Assembly: GCA_964627525.1 (NCBI GenBank)
Contig: CAZVIA010000003.1
Location: 21,367-85,366 of the forward strand
Length of the DNA: 64,000 nucleotides
Direction of reading: 5' to 3'
From: an uncultured Gammaproteobacteria bacterium
GTDB taxonomy: Bacteria; Patescibacteriota; Patescibacteriia; Magasanikbacterales; JBBTQS01
The translations under genes and the position numbers were made by a program. The notes under the pieces are model-generated. The model was not told the origin of the DNA. It searched no databases and saw nothing but the letters and a program-made list of their open reading frames with translations. Positions 1 through 10,133 of the stretch are shown here, in pieces. Numbering within the stretch: position 1 is the first letter of the stretch; each line of letters opens with the position of its first letter.

Positions 1-264
1 GTTTTTAATAAGAAAAAAACAAAGCCATTTGAGTTGATGAAGTTTTGGGCTAAGTTTTTTATGGAAGGAAATTGTGATAAGTGCACGCCATGTCGTGAAG
101 GAGTGTTTCAAATTTTTAAGATGATGGAAAAACGGAAAATAGAAAAAAAGAAATTAGCTGAGTTGTTAGAAGTTTTAGAAAAAACAAGTTTTTGTGCTTT
201 GGGTAAGGGGGTTACTTTGCCTTACAGAAGTTTTATTAAAAAAATTTTAAATGAAAAAATTTAA
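1..264 (+). CDS. C-terminal fragment of a NuoF/HydB/HndC-like NADH-binding flavoprotein subunit, 5'-truncated by the window edge
   Basis: Frame is open from base 1. A CDKCTPCREG motif matches the NuoF-type C-terminal 4Fe-4S site, and the gene sits immediately upstream of hydA. Confidence 0.55.
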   Translation, partial: VFNKKKTKPFELMKFWAKFFMEGNCDKCTPCREGVFQIFKMMEKRKIEKKKLAELLEVLEKTSFCALGKGVTLPYRSFIKKILNEKI

Positions 265-1966
265 AATCACAATTAATGGTAAAAAAGTTCAGTGCGAGCA
301 AGGGCAAACTGTTTTGCAGGTTGCGCGAAAAAATGGAATAAATATTCCAGCTTTATGTTATCATCCTGATTTAAAAATTAAAGAAAATTGTCGTTTGTGC
401 TTAGTTGAAGTCAAAGGACAAAAAGGTTTGCAAACTGCTTGTTCAGTTAAGTGTGAACCAGGAATGATTGTAAAAACTAATTCTTCTGCAGTAAAATTTG
501 CACGAAAAATTAATTTTGAATTAATTTGGTCGCAACACAGTGTTAAGTGTGGTGATTGCACAAATGCATTTGATTGTAGTTTTAAAAAAATAGGAGCAGA
601 CGTTGGTGTTGATTTTAATAAATTTGAAAAGCGTGATAAAAAAAGTAAGATAATTAGATTTGGACCATCGATTGAATTTGATGTTTCAAAATGTATTGAT
701 TGTAGAAATTGTATTGATGCTTGTGAAAAGCAGGGAATTAATTTTTTTGAGCTTGCAGAAAAAGATAGTTTTCAGCAAGTGACTCCTTCTTGCTCAAAAG
801 ATATTGATTGTATTTATTGTGGTCAGTGTATTGTTCATTGTCCTGTTGGTGCTTTGCAAACAGTGAGCGAAGAAAAAGAAGTTGAGAAAGCCTTAAAAGA
901 TAAAAATAAAATTGTTGTGTTTCAGTTTGCGCCGTCAATTCGTGCAAGTATTGGTGAGGAATTTGGGATGAAGCATGGTTCTGTTGTAACAGATAAATTA
1001 TCTAATGCAATTCGTAAGTTGGGGGCGGATTATGTTTTTGATGTAAGTGTTGGTGCAGATTTTACAACTGTTGAAGAAGCAAAAGAATTAATTGAGCGCA
1101 TAAAAGAAAAAAAGCATTTACCAATGTTTACTTCTTGTTGTCCAGCTTGGGTAAAATATGTTGAGTTTTATAAACCAGAATTAATTCCAAATTTAACAAC
1201 AGTTCGTTCGCCACATATTATTTTGGGTGGTATTGTTAAAAATTATTGGGCAGAAAAAGAAAAAATAAATCCGAAAAAAATTGTTGTGGTTTCAATTATG
1301 CCTTGTACTTCAAAAAAATATGAAGTGCGGCGCAAAGAATTAAAAGTAAAAGGTTTGGCGCCAGTTGATTTGGTTTTAACAACAAAAGAATTGGCTTTGA
1401 TGATGAAAAAACATAGAATTGATTTGTCTAAAGTAAAAGCAAAGTCAGCAGATAATCCTTTGGGTGATCCATCAGGAGCTGGTGTAATTTATGGTGCAAG
1501 TGGGGGAGTGATGGAATCAGCTTTAAGAACTGCTTATGAAGAAATTACTGGTTGTAAGTTATGTAAATTAGATTTTAAAAATGTACGCGGGATTAAGGGT
1601 TTGAAAACAGCAGATGTAAAAGTTGGTAAATTAAAAGTTAAAGTTGCTGTTGCAAATGGTATTACAAATGCACAACAAATTTTAGAGGAACTTAAAAAAG
1701 ATCCTAAAAAATATCACTATGTAGAGGTTATGGCTTGTGAAGGTGGTTGTATAGGTGGGGGTGGCCAGCCAACGCCTGTTGATAATGATATTAGAAATAA
1801 AAGAGTTGCAGCTTTGTATAGTATTGACACAAAGAAAAAAGTTAGGCGTGCACATGAAAATCCAAATGTTAAAAAAACATATAAAGAATATTTTGTTTCA
1901 GAAAAAAAGATTAAACCAATTTGTCACACTAAATTTTTTAAAAAGAAAAAAGAATTTAAACCTTAA
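251..1966 (+). CDS. hydA: [FeFe]-hydrogenase catalytic subunit HydA with N-terminal ferredoxin-like Fe-S domains
   Basis: The three H-cluster signature motifs are present: TSCCPAW, MPCTSKK, and EVMACEGGCIGGGGQP. The N-terminal region is Cys-rich with 2Fe-2S/4Fe-4S motifs. Confidence 0.85.
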   Translation: MKKFKITINGKKVQCEQGQTVLQVARKNGINIPALCYHPDLKIKENCRLCLVEVKGQKGLQTACSVKCEPGMIVKTNSSAVKFARKINFELIWSQHSVKCGDCTNAFDCSFKKIGADVGVDFNKFEKRDKKSKIIRFGPSIEFDVSKCIDCRNCIDACEKQGINFFELAEKDSFQQVTPSCSKDIDCIYCGQCIVHCPVGALQTVSEEKEVEKALKDKNKIVVFQFAPSIRASIGEEFGMKHGSVVTDKLSNAIRKLGADYVFDVSVGADFTTVEEAKELIERIKEKKHLPMFTSCCPAWVKYVEFYKPELIPNLTTVRSPHIILGGIVKNYWAEKEKINPKKIVVVSIMPCTSKKYEVRRKELKVKGLAPVDLVLTTKELALMMKKHRIDLSKVKAKSADNPLGDPSGAGVIYGASGGVMESALRTAYEEITGCKLCKLDFKNVRGIKGLKTADVKVGKLKVKVAVANGITNAQQILEELKKDPKKYHYVEVMACEGGCIGGGGQPTPVDNDIRNKRVAALYSIDTKKKVRRAHENPNVKKTYKEYFVSEKKIKPICHTKFFKKKKEFKP

Positions 1967-1986
1967 AATTTTAAATTTATAAATAT

Positions 1987-2499
1987 ATGTCCCAAATAAA
2001 AGCCATTGCACTAAATAAACAAAACACAATTGCTTTGACACAATTTGTTGTATTAATAGGAATTGCAACTGTTGCACCTTTATTTCACAATCAGTGGACA
2101 ACAGGACCAATAGTAAATGCAACTTTGTTTGTGGCAGCAGCTTTGCTAGGAACACATAATGCAATTTTAGTTGGGTTATTTCCAAGTTTGATTGCAATGT
2201 CTGTTGGTTTACTTCCAGCACCTTTGGCGCCAATGATTCCATTTATTATGGTGAGTAATGCAATTTTAATAATCACTTTTTCTTATTTTTGGAAAAAACA
2301 ATTTTGGGGTGGAATGTTATCAGCTAGTATTTTAAAATTCGGATTTTTATTTGCAACAAGTACTTTAGTAACAGGTCTTTTGCTTAAGCCAGAACTTGCT
2401 GGAAAAGTTGCAGTAATAATGAGTTGGCCACAACTAGCAACAGCTTTGCTTGGTGGTGTTATTGCTTTTGGGGTTTTAAAAGTAATGAAGAAAGTTTAA
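1987..2499 (+). CDS. small polytopic membrane protein, possibly an ECF-transporter S-component-like protein
   Basis: About five hydrophobic helices in 170 aa; no catalytic motif. Confidence 0.3.
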   Translation: MSQIKAIALNKQNTIALTQFVVLIGIATVAPLFHNQWTTGPIVNATLFVAAALLGTHNAILVGLFPSLIAMSVGLLPAPLAPMIPFIMVSNAILIITFSYFWKKQFWGGMLSASILKFGFLFATSTLVTGLLLKPELAGKVAVIMSWPQLATALLGGVIAFGVLKVMKKV

Positions 2500-2506
2500 T
2501 TAAAAA

Positions 2507-3952
2507 TTATTTTTTTCTTACAATAATATAAACATGTGTAGCAACTGCCTCACTTCCAGGAATCCACATAAAAATTAAATCTAAAAATTTTAGCGGACCA
2601 ATAACCAACATTAAAATGTGTGTAATAAATGGCGCTGCTTTTCGTGAGCCAAAAGACAGAATAACACCAAGCCAATAAGCTAAAAACATCAGTAAAGCAC
2701 TCAAGGGTCCAGAGCGCACGCCTTTTTTTATAATTTCAAGATCACGAAACATGTGCTGTAATCCATTGATAGTGTAGCGATTAAAATCATCTGGAGAAGC
2801 GTGAAAAGGATGAATAAATGGCACACTAATATAAGCATAGCCACCTGGTTTTAAAACCCGAATCATTTCATTGGTCATTGCTTTGGGATTTGGTACATGC
2901 TCAAGAACAGATTCACTCACAAGAGCTTCAATAGAATTATTTTCAAAAGGCAAGTGTTCAGCATCAGCAACAATATCAACTTCATCAAAAGGAAAAACAT
3001 CTAAATTTATAAAATCTTCACCCCAACGATGTGGCCCAGAACCAATGTCTAAAATTTTTGTTTCAGGTTTTAAATACTTGCGAATTTTTTTCGGCCCATT
3101 AACCAACATCAACACAGGACAAAACAAATGCCAAATAAAATAATATAACGCGGGAAATTGTTTGAGAAAAGTTTTTAGCCAATTAATTCCAGTTTTGTGT
3201 TCTTGTGCATTTCTTTTAAAAACTTCCTTGTTAATAAAAACTTTTTTCGGGCGAGGTTTATTTTTTCTTAAATGTAATAAGCGATCACTTAAAATTACAG
3301 CGATTGCTTTAAAACCATCTGAATATTTTATTTTTTTGCCGTCCTCAATATCACGAGGTGAATGTGAAATTGGCGCTTCAACAATTTTATATCCATGACG
3401 TAAAGCTCCTAAAGTAAAATGAATTTCTGATTCAAATTTCCCTGGGCAAAAAAATCGCGCAGATTTTTTTGGAAAAAGTTTATAGCAAGTCCAAACATCT
3501 GTTAGTTTTACACGATACAGTGTGTTGATTAATTTTGTAATAATCCAAACACCAAGTCTAGGAATTATAAAACCTTTTCGTTTTACATGATGCAAATTGC
3601 GTGAACCATAAACACAAGTTTTTTCATCAATAATTTGCTTTACTAAAGAAGGGATTTCAGCAGGGTTGTATTCAAGGTCAGCGTCTTGAATAATAATATA
3701 ATCACCAGTCGCCAAACTCAAACCATCTGTAACTGCACTTCCTTTTCCGCCGTTTTTTTTGCGGTAATGTACAGTAATTTTGTCTTCAAAAGTTTTTAAA
3801 ATTTCACGCGTGCGATCTGTAGAAAAGTCATCAACAACAATAATTTCTTTTTCCCAATTAGGAATAAAAATATTTAAAACTTGCTGAAGAAGTTCAGCAA
3901 CAGTTTTTTCTTCGTTATAACAAGGAATTACTATGGATAATTTACGCATCAT
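2507..3952 (-). CDS. bifunctional family-2 glycosyltransferase fused to a class I SAM-dependent methyltransferase
   Basis: The N-terminus has LSIVIPCYNEE...DDFSTD...QDAD, the GT2 DxD pattern. The C-terminus has LDIGSGPHRW...LPFENNSIEALVSESVLEHV, a type-11 methyltransferase pattern. Confidence 0.7.
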   Translation of the reverse strand: MMRKLSIVIPCYNEEKTVAELLQQVLNIFIPNWEKEIIVVDDFSTDRTREILKTFEDKITVHYRKKNGGKGSAVTDGLSLATGDYIIIQDADLEYNPAEIPSLVKQIIDEKTCVYGSRNLHHVKRKGFIIPRLGVWIITKLINTLYRVKLTDVWTCYKLFPKKSARFFCPGKFESEIHFTLGALRHGYKIVEAPISHSPRDIEDGKKIKYSDGFKAIAVILSDRLLHLRKNKPRPKKVFINKEVFKRNAQEHKTGINWLKTFLKQFPALYYFIWHLFCPVLMLVNGPKKIRKYLKPETKILDIGSGPHRWGEDFINLDVFPFDEVDIVADAEHLPFENNSIEALVSESVLEHVPNPKAMTNEMIRVLKPGGYAYISVPFIHPFHASPDDFNRYTINGLQHMFRDLEIIKKGVRSGPLSALLMFLAYWLGVILSFGSRKAAPFITHILMLVIGPLKFLDLIFMWIPGSEAVATHVYIIVRKK

Positions 3953-5324
3953 AATTTATTTTTTTGCAACGACAAAGTTTTTTATATAAAACAGAAATAC
4001 CGTAAAAAGCAAACATAAATAAAATTGGATTTATTGGCATACGAAAACGACCGTTTACACCCAAGCCATTTACACAAGTTGTTGCCATAAAATATAAAAC
4101 TAACAATAACAATAGCACGACAGGTAATTTAAATCCAAATCTTTTCAAGTACACGGCAGTTCCAAAAATAAAAAATAAAGTAATCAAAATCCAAAGTATT
4201 CTTCCAAACAAAACCAAAGCCATTGGAGATTTCGCCAATCCCCACATCTCATGTAAAAATTCCATTGGATTATTTAATAATAAAACCAAGGCAGGTTTTT
4301 CTAAATAATTAGATGGACGAATGCCAGTATACTGCAAAACCATTAGCATTCCATCATGCGTGAAAAAAGTTATAGCACTTGTGCCAATACTTTGAACCAA
4401 GCCCATAGGGTGCGCCAAAATAACTGGAATTGCATCGCCAATATATTTACTACTATTTCCAAGATTAATATCAGTGGATTTTAAACCTGAAGCATAAAGC
4501 AAATCTCGTTCGTGTCTGTAGTTAGTGTCATTTTCAAAAGACAAAACAGATGGAACTAAATATGTTGCAACATTAAATGCAGGTTGTGCAGTCATTCCCG
4601 GAACTCCGAATTGTTTGTAATTTCTGTAAAACCACGGCATTGCAAATAGTAAGATAATAAAAACAAAAAGCACTGCTGGTCTTAAAGATTTTTTCCAAGA
4701 AAATTTGCGATGTTTGCGTAAAAAATATATTACAACCAACGGAAGAATAAAAGCAATATATTGAGTTGTTGGTTTTATCATTAAAGCTGCCCCAAAAGAA
4801 ATTGAAAGCCAGAACATTATTTTGAGATCAGGTTTTTCAAGAAATTTTAAGAAAAGTAAAATAGATAATAAAAATAATGCAATGAAAAAAGTTTCAGTCA
4901 CAAAAAGAAATGAGAAAAGCATTGAAAGTGGTTCTAAAGCCATGGCCAGCCCCACCCAAAAGGATATTTTTTCAGAAACAAAATAACGTGCAATTAAATA
5001 TGAAAAAACAGGGATTAAACAAGCCACAAGAATTTGTAAAATTGCTGCCAGCCAATATGAACCAGGTGCAGATAATAATCCAGCTAATAATAGGGGATAC
5101 AACGGCGGACGAAGTGGGTTTGGTGTGTAAGGGGGTTCAGTTTCAAAAGCAAAACCATTTCTATTGATTATATTTAGGGCAATTTCAAGATATCCATCAT
5201 CTCCATAGGTTGTTGCCTCAATAGAAAAATCATTGTGACTGAAATTAATTAAAAATAACCCAGCGCGTAACACCAAGGCAATTAAAAATAAAGCAAGTAT
5301 TGTTTTTGAAAAAAACTTTTTCAT
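3942..5324 (-). CDS. ArnT/PMT-like (GT39/GT83 family) polytopic membrane glycosyltransferase
   Basis: More than ten transmembrane helices and a dolichyl-phosphate-mannose / 4-amino-arabinose transferase-like topology. Overlaps the upstream GT2 gene by 11 bp. Confidence 0.5.
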   Translation of the reverse strand: MKKFFSKTILALFLIALVLRAGLFLINFSHNDFSIEATTYGDDGYLEIALNIINRNGFAFETEPPYTPNPLRPPLYPLLLAGLLSAPGSYWLAAILQILVACLIPVFSYLIARYFVSEKISFWVGLAMALEPLSMLFSFLFVTETFFIALFLLSILLFLKFLEKPDLKIMFWLSISFGAALMIKPTTQYIAFILPLVVIYFLRKHRKFSWKKSLRPAVLFVFIILLFAMPWFYRNYKQFGVPGMTAQPAFNVATYLVPSVLSFENDTNYRHERDLLYASGLKSTDINLGNSSKYIGDAIPVILAHPMGLVQSIGTSAITFFTHDGMLMVLQYTGIRPSNYLEKPALVLLLNNPMEFLHEMWGLAKSPMALVLFGRILWILITLFFIFGTAVYLKRFGFKLPVVLLLLLVLYFMATTCVNGLGVNGRFRMPINPILFMFAFYGISVLYKKLCRCKKINYDA

Positions 5325-5446
5325 GTTATCAGGGCTAAAAAGACTAATGTACTAAACTAAGCTAAATTGTACAGTTTTTATGAAATCTGCGCAAGATTTT
5401 TTTTGAAAAAAATGTGTAAAATAAGCTAAATTTAGGCAAAAATCCC

Positions 5447-5475
5447 TTGACAAAAGTGCCTAAATATGATATAAT
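5447..5475 (+). promoter_or_regulatory. perfect consensus sigma70 promoter, TTGACA-17 bp-TATAAT
   Basis: TTGACA at 5447-5452, a 17-nt spacer, and TATAAT at 5470-5475. The SD AAAGGGAGA lies 5 nt upstream of the ATG at 5536. Confidence 0.7.
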
Positions 5476-5535
5476 ACTATCAATTCGTGTGCTGACTTTG
5501 GCATTGTCAGCCACAACAAAGAAAGGGAGACAGAC

Positions 5536-5946
5536 ATGGAAGGGTTTTTTTACAATCAGTTGGCAGAAGGTTTGTTGCTGGGTATTTTCTCGGGAATCCT
5601 AGTCTTCGTTATCTGCTTCGGCAGAAAGGTGGGGATCGACTGGGCGTATGAGGAGATCAAAGGCAAGCTCGTAGTCGCAGCGTTCACGATGTTCGCGGCG
5701 GGATTCCTCATGATGCAGAGTTACCATGTGGGGCAGATGAACGAGTTCTACTATCTTGCCTACACGCACAACGACGTCTGGACAACTAACGTCCCGATTG
5801 TGGCGCCGTGGGGTTACTTGCTCGGAATGCTGGTGACAACCACTGCAGTGTCGATCGTGGGGGTTAGTTTCTTGAGTCTTGTCGAGTGGTGGTACGCTCG
5901 GCAGGTTCGCATGTCACCGCGCAACGGCAACGGCGGCACGGCGTAG
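5536..5946 (+). CDS. GC-rich (about 55-60%) small integral membrane protein, function unknown
   Basis: Clean ORF with 3-4 TM helices. GC content and codon usage differ sharply from its neighbours. It has its own promoter, SD and terminator. Confidence 0.6.
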   Translation: MEGFFYNQLAEGLLLGIFSGILVFVICFGRKVGIDWAYEEIKGKLVVAAFTMFAAGFLMMQSYHVGQMNEFYYLAYTHNDVWTTNVPIVAPWGYLLGMLVTTTAVSIVGVSFLSLVEWWYARQVRMSPRNGNGGTA

Positions 5947-5987
5947 ACTCCGACAGTCGCGCGCCGTCCTCAATAAGCCACAACACC

Positions 5988-6040
5988 GCGCCCCAGTAAG
6001 ATCGTCACAGGTCTTGCATCTGGGGCGTTCTTTTTTATTT
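5988..6040 (+). terminator. rho-independent terminator
   Basis: An 8-bp GC stem (CGCCCCAG/CTGGGGCG) followed by TTCTTTTTTATTT. Confidence 0.6.
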
Positions 6041-6307
6041 AAAATAAATATCTTTTCTGTGTTTAATTATAAGAATTGTCAACAAAATTAATTGACCATT
6101 TGAATTTTTTTTAAAAATTGCACGATAGTTTCCAATTCTAAATCTGTACAAGCCTTTAAAATAACCAACTAAAGGTTTGGTATGTTTGAGTGGGTTTTTA
6201 TCCTCACAAAAAAATTTAATTTTACTAATTATTTTTTGAGCTTCTTGTTTTTCAATTTTTTGTAAATCTTTTATAGCCTTTTGTGTGTACAAAATTTTAT
6301 ATTTCAT
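6035..6307 (-). CDS. relE: RelE/ParE-family type II toxin
   Basis: 90 aa with a YRFRIGNYRAIF...IIKHRKDIY motif typical of RelE/StbE. Overlaps the upstream antitoxin by 4 bp. Confidence 0.7.
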   Translation of the reverse strand: MKYKILYTQKAIKDLQKIEKQEAQKIISKIKFFCEDKNPLKHTKPLVGYFKGLYRFRIGNYRAIFKKNSNGQLILLTILIIKHRKDIYFK

Positions 6308-6555
6308 ACAACCCCAAGCATATTTTCAACTTCTTTTTGTGTGAGTAAGCGTTTATTTTTTACATCATCAAGAGCTTCATCAACATCCTTAATTAAGTTT
6401 TCAAGAATAGACTCTTTTTTTGAAAGGGGATGTAACTCAAAAATTGGTTGATTTTTTTTCAAAATAATTAGTTTTTGATTTTTGATTTGAGCTTGTGAAG
6501 AAATTTTAGCCATATTTTGACGGAATTCTTTTAAGCCAACAAAGCGGGTAGTCAT
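6304..6555 (-). CDS. Phd/YefM-family antitoxin
   Basis: 83 aa, Phd/YefM-like N-terminus, located immediately upstream of the relE-like gene with an ATGA overlap. Confidence 0.6.
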   Translation of the reverse strand: MTTRFVGLKEFRQNMAKISSQAQIKNQKLIILKKNQPIFELHPLSKKESILENLIKDVDEALDDVKNKRLLTQKEVENMLGVV

Positions 6556-6665
6556 ATGATTTTTTATATAAAAACTATGTGTACTTTAAGTGTACACCTC
6601 ACCAAAAGACGTGTCAAACAAATTTTATGCTACAATAAAACTGAAAAAACCCAAGATAAAATAAA

Positions 6666-7790
6666 ATGAATACAAAAAACAAAATTTATTTAGTAGTAGG
6701 TTTGGTTTTTTGCGTAATAATCGTGGGTTTTTGGGGTTTTGACAAAAAAACCCAGCAAACAATGCCAAAAGTTGAGATGCCAAAAATGTCTGAACAAAAG
6801 ATTCCACCAACAAAAGACGTTAATATAGAAACAGATATCCAGGATATATACAATAAATATTCTACGCACTTAGATAAACAATGGACAGGTGATGGCTGGA
6901 AATACAATGTGCCTTCAAGACATTATAAAGAAATAAATAAAAATTCCTCACAAAATCTGCGAATGCAAATGACTTTTGCGAGTTTTTATAAATACAGAGA
7001 AGATGGATCTTCAAAAGCAAAAATCAAAACAGTTTTTGATCAGGTTTTTAAAGAAGTTTTGCCAAATCAAATATTTTTTGTATCAAGAGATGATAAAATT
7101 ATTTCAACAAGATCATTTCACGACGCGATAGGTTTGTTTTTGGCTTTAGAAATTTTTGGACAAAACCAACATTTATTTACTGAATTAGAAAAAGTTCAAA
7201 TAAAAAGACAGGCAGAAAAAATGTTGCCATGGATTTTAAAAGCACCAGACACTGAAAATCGGGCATTATTGGGTGCTGCATATGGAAAAAAGATTTTGGA
7301 AAATCCTGTGATAAGTTTTTCAGAAAAAGAAAAACAAGAATACAGAGACTTGATAAATCAGAAAATTCAAACAGGTTTAAAAAATATAGACAGCAAAAAT
7401 ATTTATCATGAGGGTGGAAAAAATAATTTTAGTTTGCATTATCATGTTGTTTCAGCTGCGATGTTGTTTGTTTTGGGAGAAAATGAAATTGCCAGGAAAA
7501 TGTCTCAATATGTTCATGATAATTATGAGATAGGGAAGTTGAGTTGGGAGGGTTCGCACAGGCCTACGGGAATTGGACTACAGACAGTTTTACTAAGAAC
7601 ATTTTTGGAAAAAAACTTAAACACAATTTATTGGGCAGATTTTTGGGCTAAAGAGAAAAATGCAAGAGGTTTTATTGACCCAAAAAACGCTGACAGATTG
7701 GTTTGGTATGATGATATCGACAAAACCTATAATGATGACTATTCTTTTGCAAATATGGTGGAAATAATTGGGTTTGGTATGAGCTATTGA
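6666..7790 (+). CDS. hypothetical membrane-anchored exported protein
   Basis: N-terminal TM anchor followed by a 340-aa soluble domain with no recognisable motif. Confidence 0.4.
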   Translation: MNTKNKIYLVVGLVFCVIIVGFWGFDKKTQQTMPKVEMPKMSEQKIPPTKDVNIETDIQDIYNKYSTHLDKQWTGDGWKYNVPSRHYKEINKNSSQNLRMQMTFASFYKYREDGSSKAKIKTVFDQVFKEVLPNQIFFVSRDDKIISTRSFHDAIGLFLALEIFGQNQHLFTELEKVQIKRQAEKMLPWILKAPDTENRALLGAAYGKKILENPVISFSEKEKQEYRDLINQKIQTGLKNIDSKNIYHEGGKNNFSLHYHVVSAAMLFVLGENEIARKMSQYVHDNYEIGKLSWEGSHRPTGIGLQTVLLRTFLEKNLNTIYWADFWAKEKNARGFIDPKNADRLVWYDDIDKTYNDDYSFANMVEIIGFGMSY

Positions 7791-7908
7791 CAGAATTACC
7801 TAAATCTGCTATACTATAACCGGATTTAAGCTAATATTATCACATAGAAATAAGGTCGGATTTCTATTTTTATTAGGAGTCCGTATTAATTAATCATCAA
7901 AAGATACC

Positions 7909-8106
7909 ATGACTGGTTCAATCAAAAAGTTGACTGACAAAAATTTTGGTTTTATTGTTTTGGATGAGGGTGGAGACAATTTGTTTTTCCACGCTAACAA
8001 TCTAGTAGATGTCGATTTTGACTCTCTACAAGAAGGCGATAAAGTTGAATTTGACGTAGTAAGTACGCCAAAAGGTCAAGCAGCTGAAAACGTAAGAAAA
8101 GTTTAA
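7909..8106 (+). CDS. cspA: cold-shock protein (CspA family)
   Basis: 65 aa with FGFI...DNLFFHANNL RNP motifs of the cold-shock domain. Confidence 0.85.
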   Translation: MTGSIKKLTDKNFGFIVLDEGGDNLFFHANNLVDVDFDSLQEGDKVEFDVVSTPKGQAAENVRKV

Positions 8107-8204
8107 ATTAATTTAAATTTTTTATAAAAGCAAAAAACTCGCTTTCGGGCGGGTTTTTTGTTTGTAGGATATTTGTATTTTGGGCGCAAATCTCAAACCA
8201 ACAA

Positions 8205-9998
8205 TCACGAAGCTTTTTTTCTGTTAGATCTGATGCGATCAACTTCAGTAAGTTGTTGTTTTCTTAAACGAATATTTTTTGGAGTAACTTCTAAGTATTC
8301 GTCTTTTGCCATTAACTCTAGGCCACGTTCCAAAGTAACAGGAAGTGGTGGTGTTAAATTTAGCGCATCATCAGCACCTGAAGAACGCATATTGGTTAGG
8401 TGCTTTCCTTTAATAGGATTAACAGTCATGTCCATTCCCTTAGATGTATTTCCAATAACCATTCCTTCATATACCTCAATATTTGGTCCAATATATAAAG
8501 CACCTCGTTCCTGTAAATTTGCCAATGAATAACCCAAAACTTTTCCAGTCTCACCAGAAATCATTGAGCCAACGTCTCGTTTTTCAATTTCACCAGCATA
8601 AGGTTTAAAACCAATCATTTCACTTGCAAGAATTCCTTCGCCATGAGTATCAATTACAAATTCATTTCTATAACCAAGTAATCCTCGAGTTGGAATTATA
8701 AAGTTTAAACGAGTGTGTGATTGTTCTGGCGCCATGTTTAACATTTTACCTTTACGTTTTGCAAGTTTTTCAATAATTGTTCCCACAAAACTTTCTGGAA
8801 CATCAATAGTCAACTCTTCAAAAGGTTCGTGCTTTGTTCCGTCAATTTCTTTAATAATAGCTTGTGGTTGTGATACTTGAACTTCGTATCCTTCGCGTCT
8901 CATGTTTTCAAGCAAAACAGCAACGTGTAATTCTCCACGTCCAAGAACAGCAAACTTATCTGGTTGAGATAAATCAACTTTAATTCCAACGTTTACTTCT
9001 AATTCTTTTTCAAGGCGAGCACGAATTTGTCGGCTAGTTACATATTTTCCATCTTGTCCTGCAAACGGAGAAGTATTAACCAAAAACTGTAATGAAATAG
9101 TTGGCTCATCAATAGTAATAGCTGGAAGAGATTCTTGTGTTTTGTCTTCACAAATTGTGTCTCCAATATAAATATTTGAAATACCTGCGATCATTGCAAT
9201 GTCTCCAGCAAAAATTGTATCAACTTCTTTGCGTTGCACACCTTCAAAAGTAAATAATTTTGTAATATTGCTTTTTGAAATTTCACCATTAATTTTTTTC
9301 ACCTGCACAGTGTCGCCTAAAGAAATTTTTCCTTGATAAACTCTACCAATTCCCATTCGCCCAAGATAATTATCATATGCTAGATTAAACGGTTGAAATG
9401 CAAATTTATCTTCAGTATTATTTGAAGCTGGCTCAACATGTTTGATTATAGTTTCCAAAAGTGGTGTTAAATTTTTGTGTTTATCATTAAGATTAAGAAC
9501 TGCTGTTCCGACTTTTGCATTTGAATATACTGTCACAAAATCAAGTTGTTCATCATTGGCACCAAGATCCATAAATAATTCTAAAACTCGGTCATGTGCC
9601 CAGTCTGGTCTAGCAGCTGGCTTATCAATTTTATTTAAAACCACAATTGGTTTCAACCCAAGTTCTAAAGATTTTTTCAAAACAAATTTTGTTTGAGGCA
9701 TTGGCCCTTCTTGAGCATCAACAATAAGTAAAACAGAATCAATTGATCGCAAAACACGTTCAACTTCAGATCCAAAATCAGCATGCCCAGGTGTGTCTAC
9801 AATGTTGATTTTTGTATCATTAAAAATCACTGAAGTGTTTTTTGAATAAATCGTAATACCACGCTCTTTTTCAAGATCGTTTGAATCCATGCTAATATTC
9901 TCATCAGTAACCATTCCAGTTTGACGCATCAAAGCATCAGTAAGGCGGGTTTTTCCATGATCAACATGTGCAATAATCGCAATGTTTCGAATTTCCAT
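8205..9998 (-). CDS. typA: translational GTPase TypA/BipA
   Basis: [19 protein letters not shown] and NKIDK G-motifs within a BipA-length protein. The likely start is the internal MEIRNIA at 9998; the ORF-track start at 10094 adds a non-conserved 32-aa extension. Confidence 0.85.
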   Translation of the reverse strand: MEIRNIAIIAHVDHGKTRLTDALMRQTGMVTDENISMDSNDLEKERGITIYSKNTSVIFNDTKINIVDTPGHADFGSEVERVLRSIDSVLLIVDAQEGPMPQTKFVLKKSLELGLKPIVVLNKIDKPAARPDWAHDRVLELFMDLGANDEQLDFVTVYSNAKVGTAVLNLNDKHKNLTPLLETIIKHVEPASNNTEDKFAFQPFNLAYDNYLGRMGIGRVYQGKISLGDTVQVKKINGEISKSNITKLFTFEGVQRKEVDTIFAGDIAMIAGISNIYIGDTICEDKTQESLPAITIDEPTISLQFLVNTSPFAGQDGKYVTSRQIRARLEKELEVNVGIKVDLSQPDKFAVLGRGELHVAVLLENMRREGYEVQVSQPQAIIKEIDGTKHEPFEELTIDVPESFVGTIIEKLAKRKGKMLNMAPEQSHTRLNFIIPTRGLLGYRNEFVIDTHGEGILASEMIGFKPYAGEIEKRDVGSMISGETGKVLGYSLANLQERGALYIGPNIEVYEGMVIGNTSKGMDMTVNPIKGKHLTNMRSSGADDALNLTPPLPVTLERGLELMAKDEYLEVTPKNIRLRKQQLTEVDRIRSNRKKAS

Positions 9999-10133
9999 AT
10001 TTAATAAATTCAAAACGCCCACTAGTAGGGGACGTGACTGAGTGAGTATATAGGATGTAGAGGTATTTGTCAAGCTCGCGTTCCTGGTTGCCAAGCTTGG
10101 TCTGTGTTAGTATGAAGTATATAATTTACTACT

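Noticed and set aside
361-947. Minus-strand ORFs 361-561 and 738-947 inside hydA
   Set aside because: They are antisense to a strongly supported gene, have low-complexity products and no SD.
8205-10094. Full-length 629-aa TypA ORF as annotated in the track
   Set aside because: The first 32 residues are non-conserved, and the canonical G1 motif follows the internal Met at 9998, so the shorter start is preferred.
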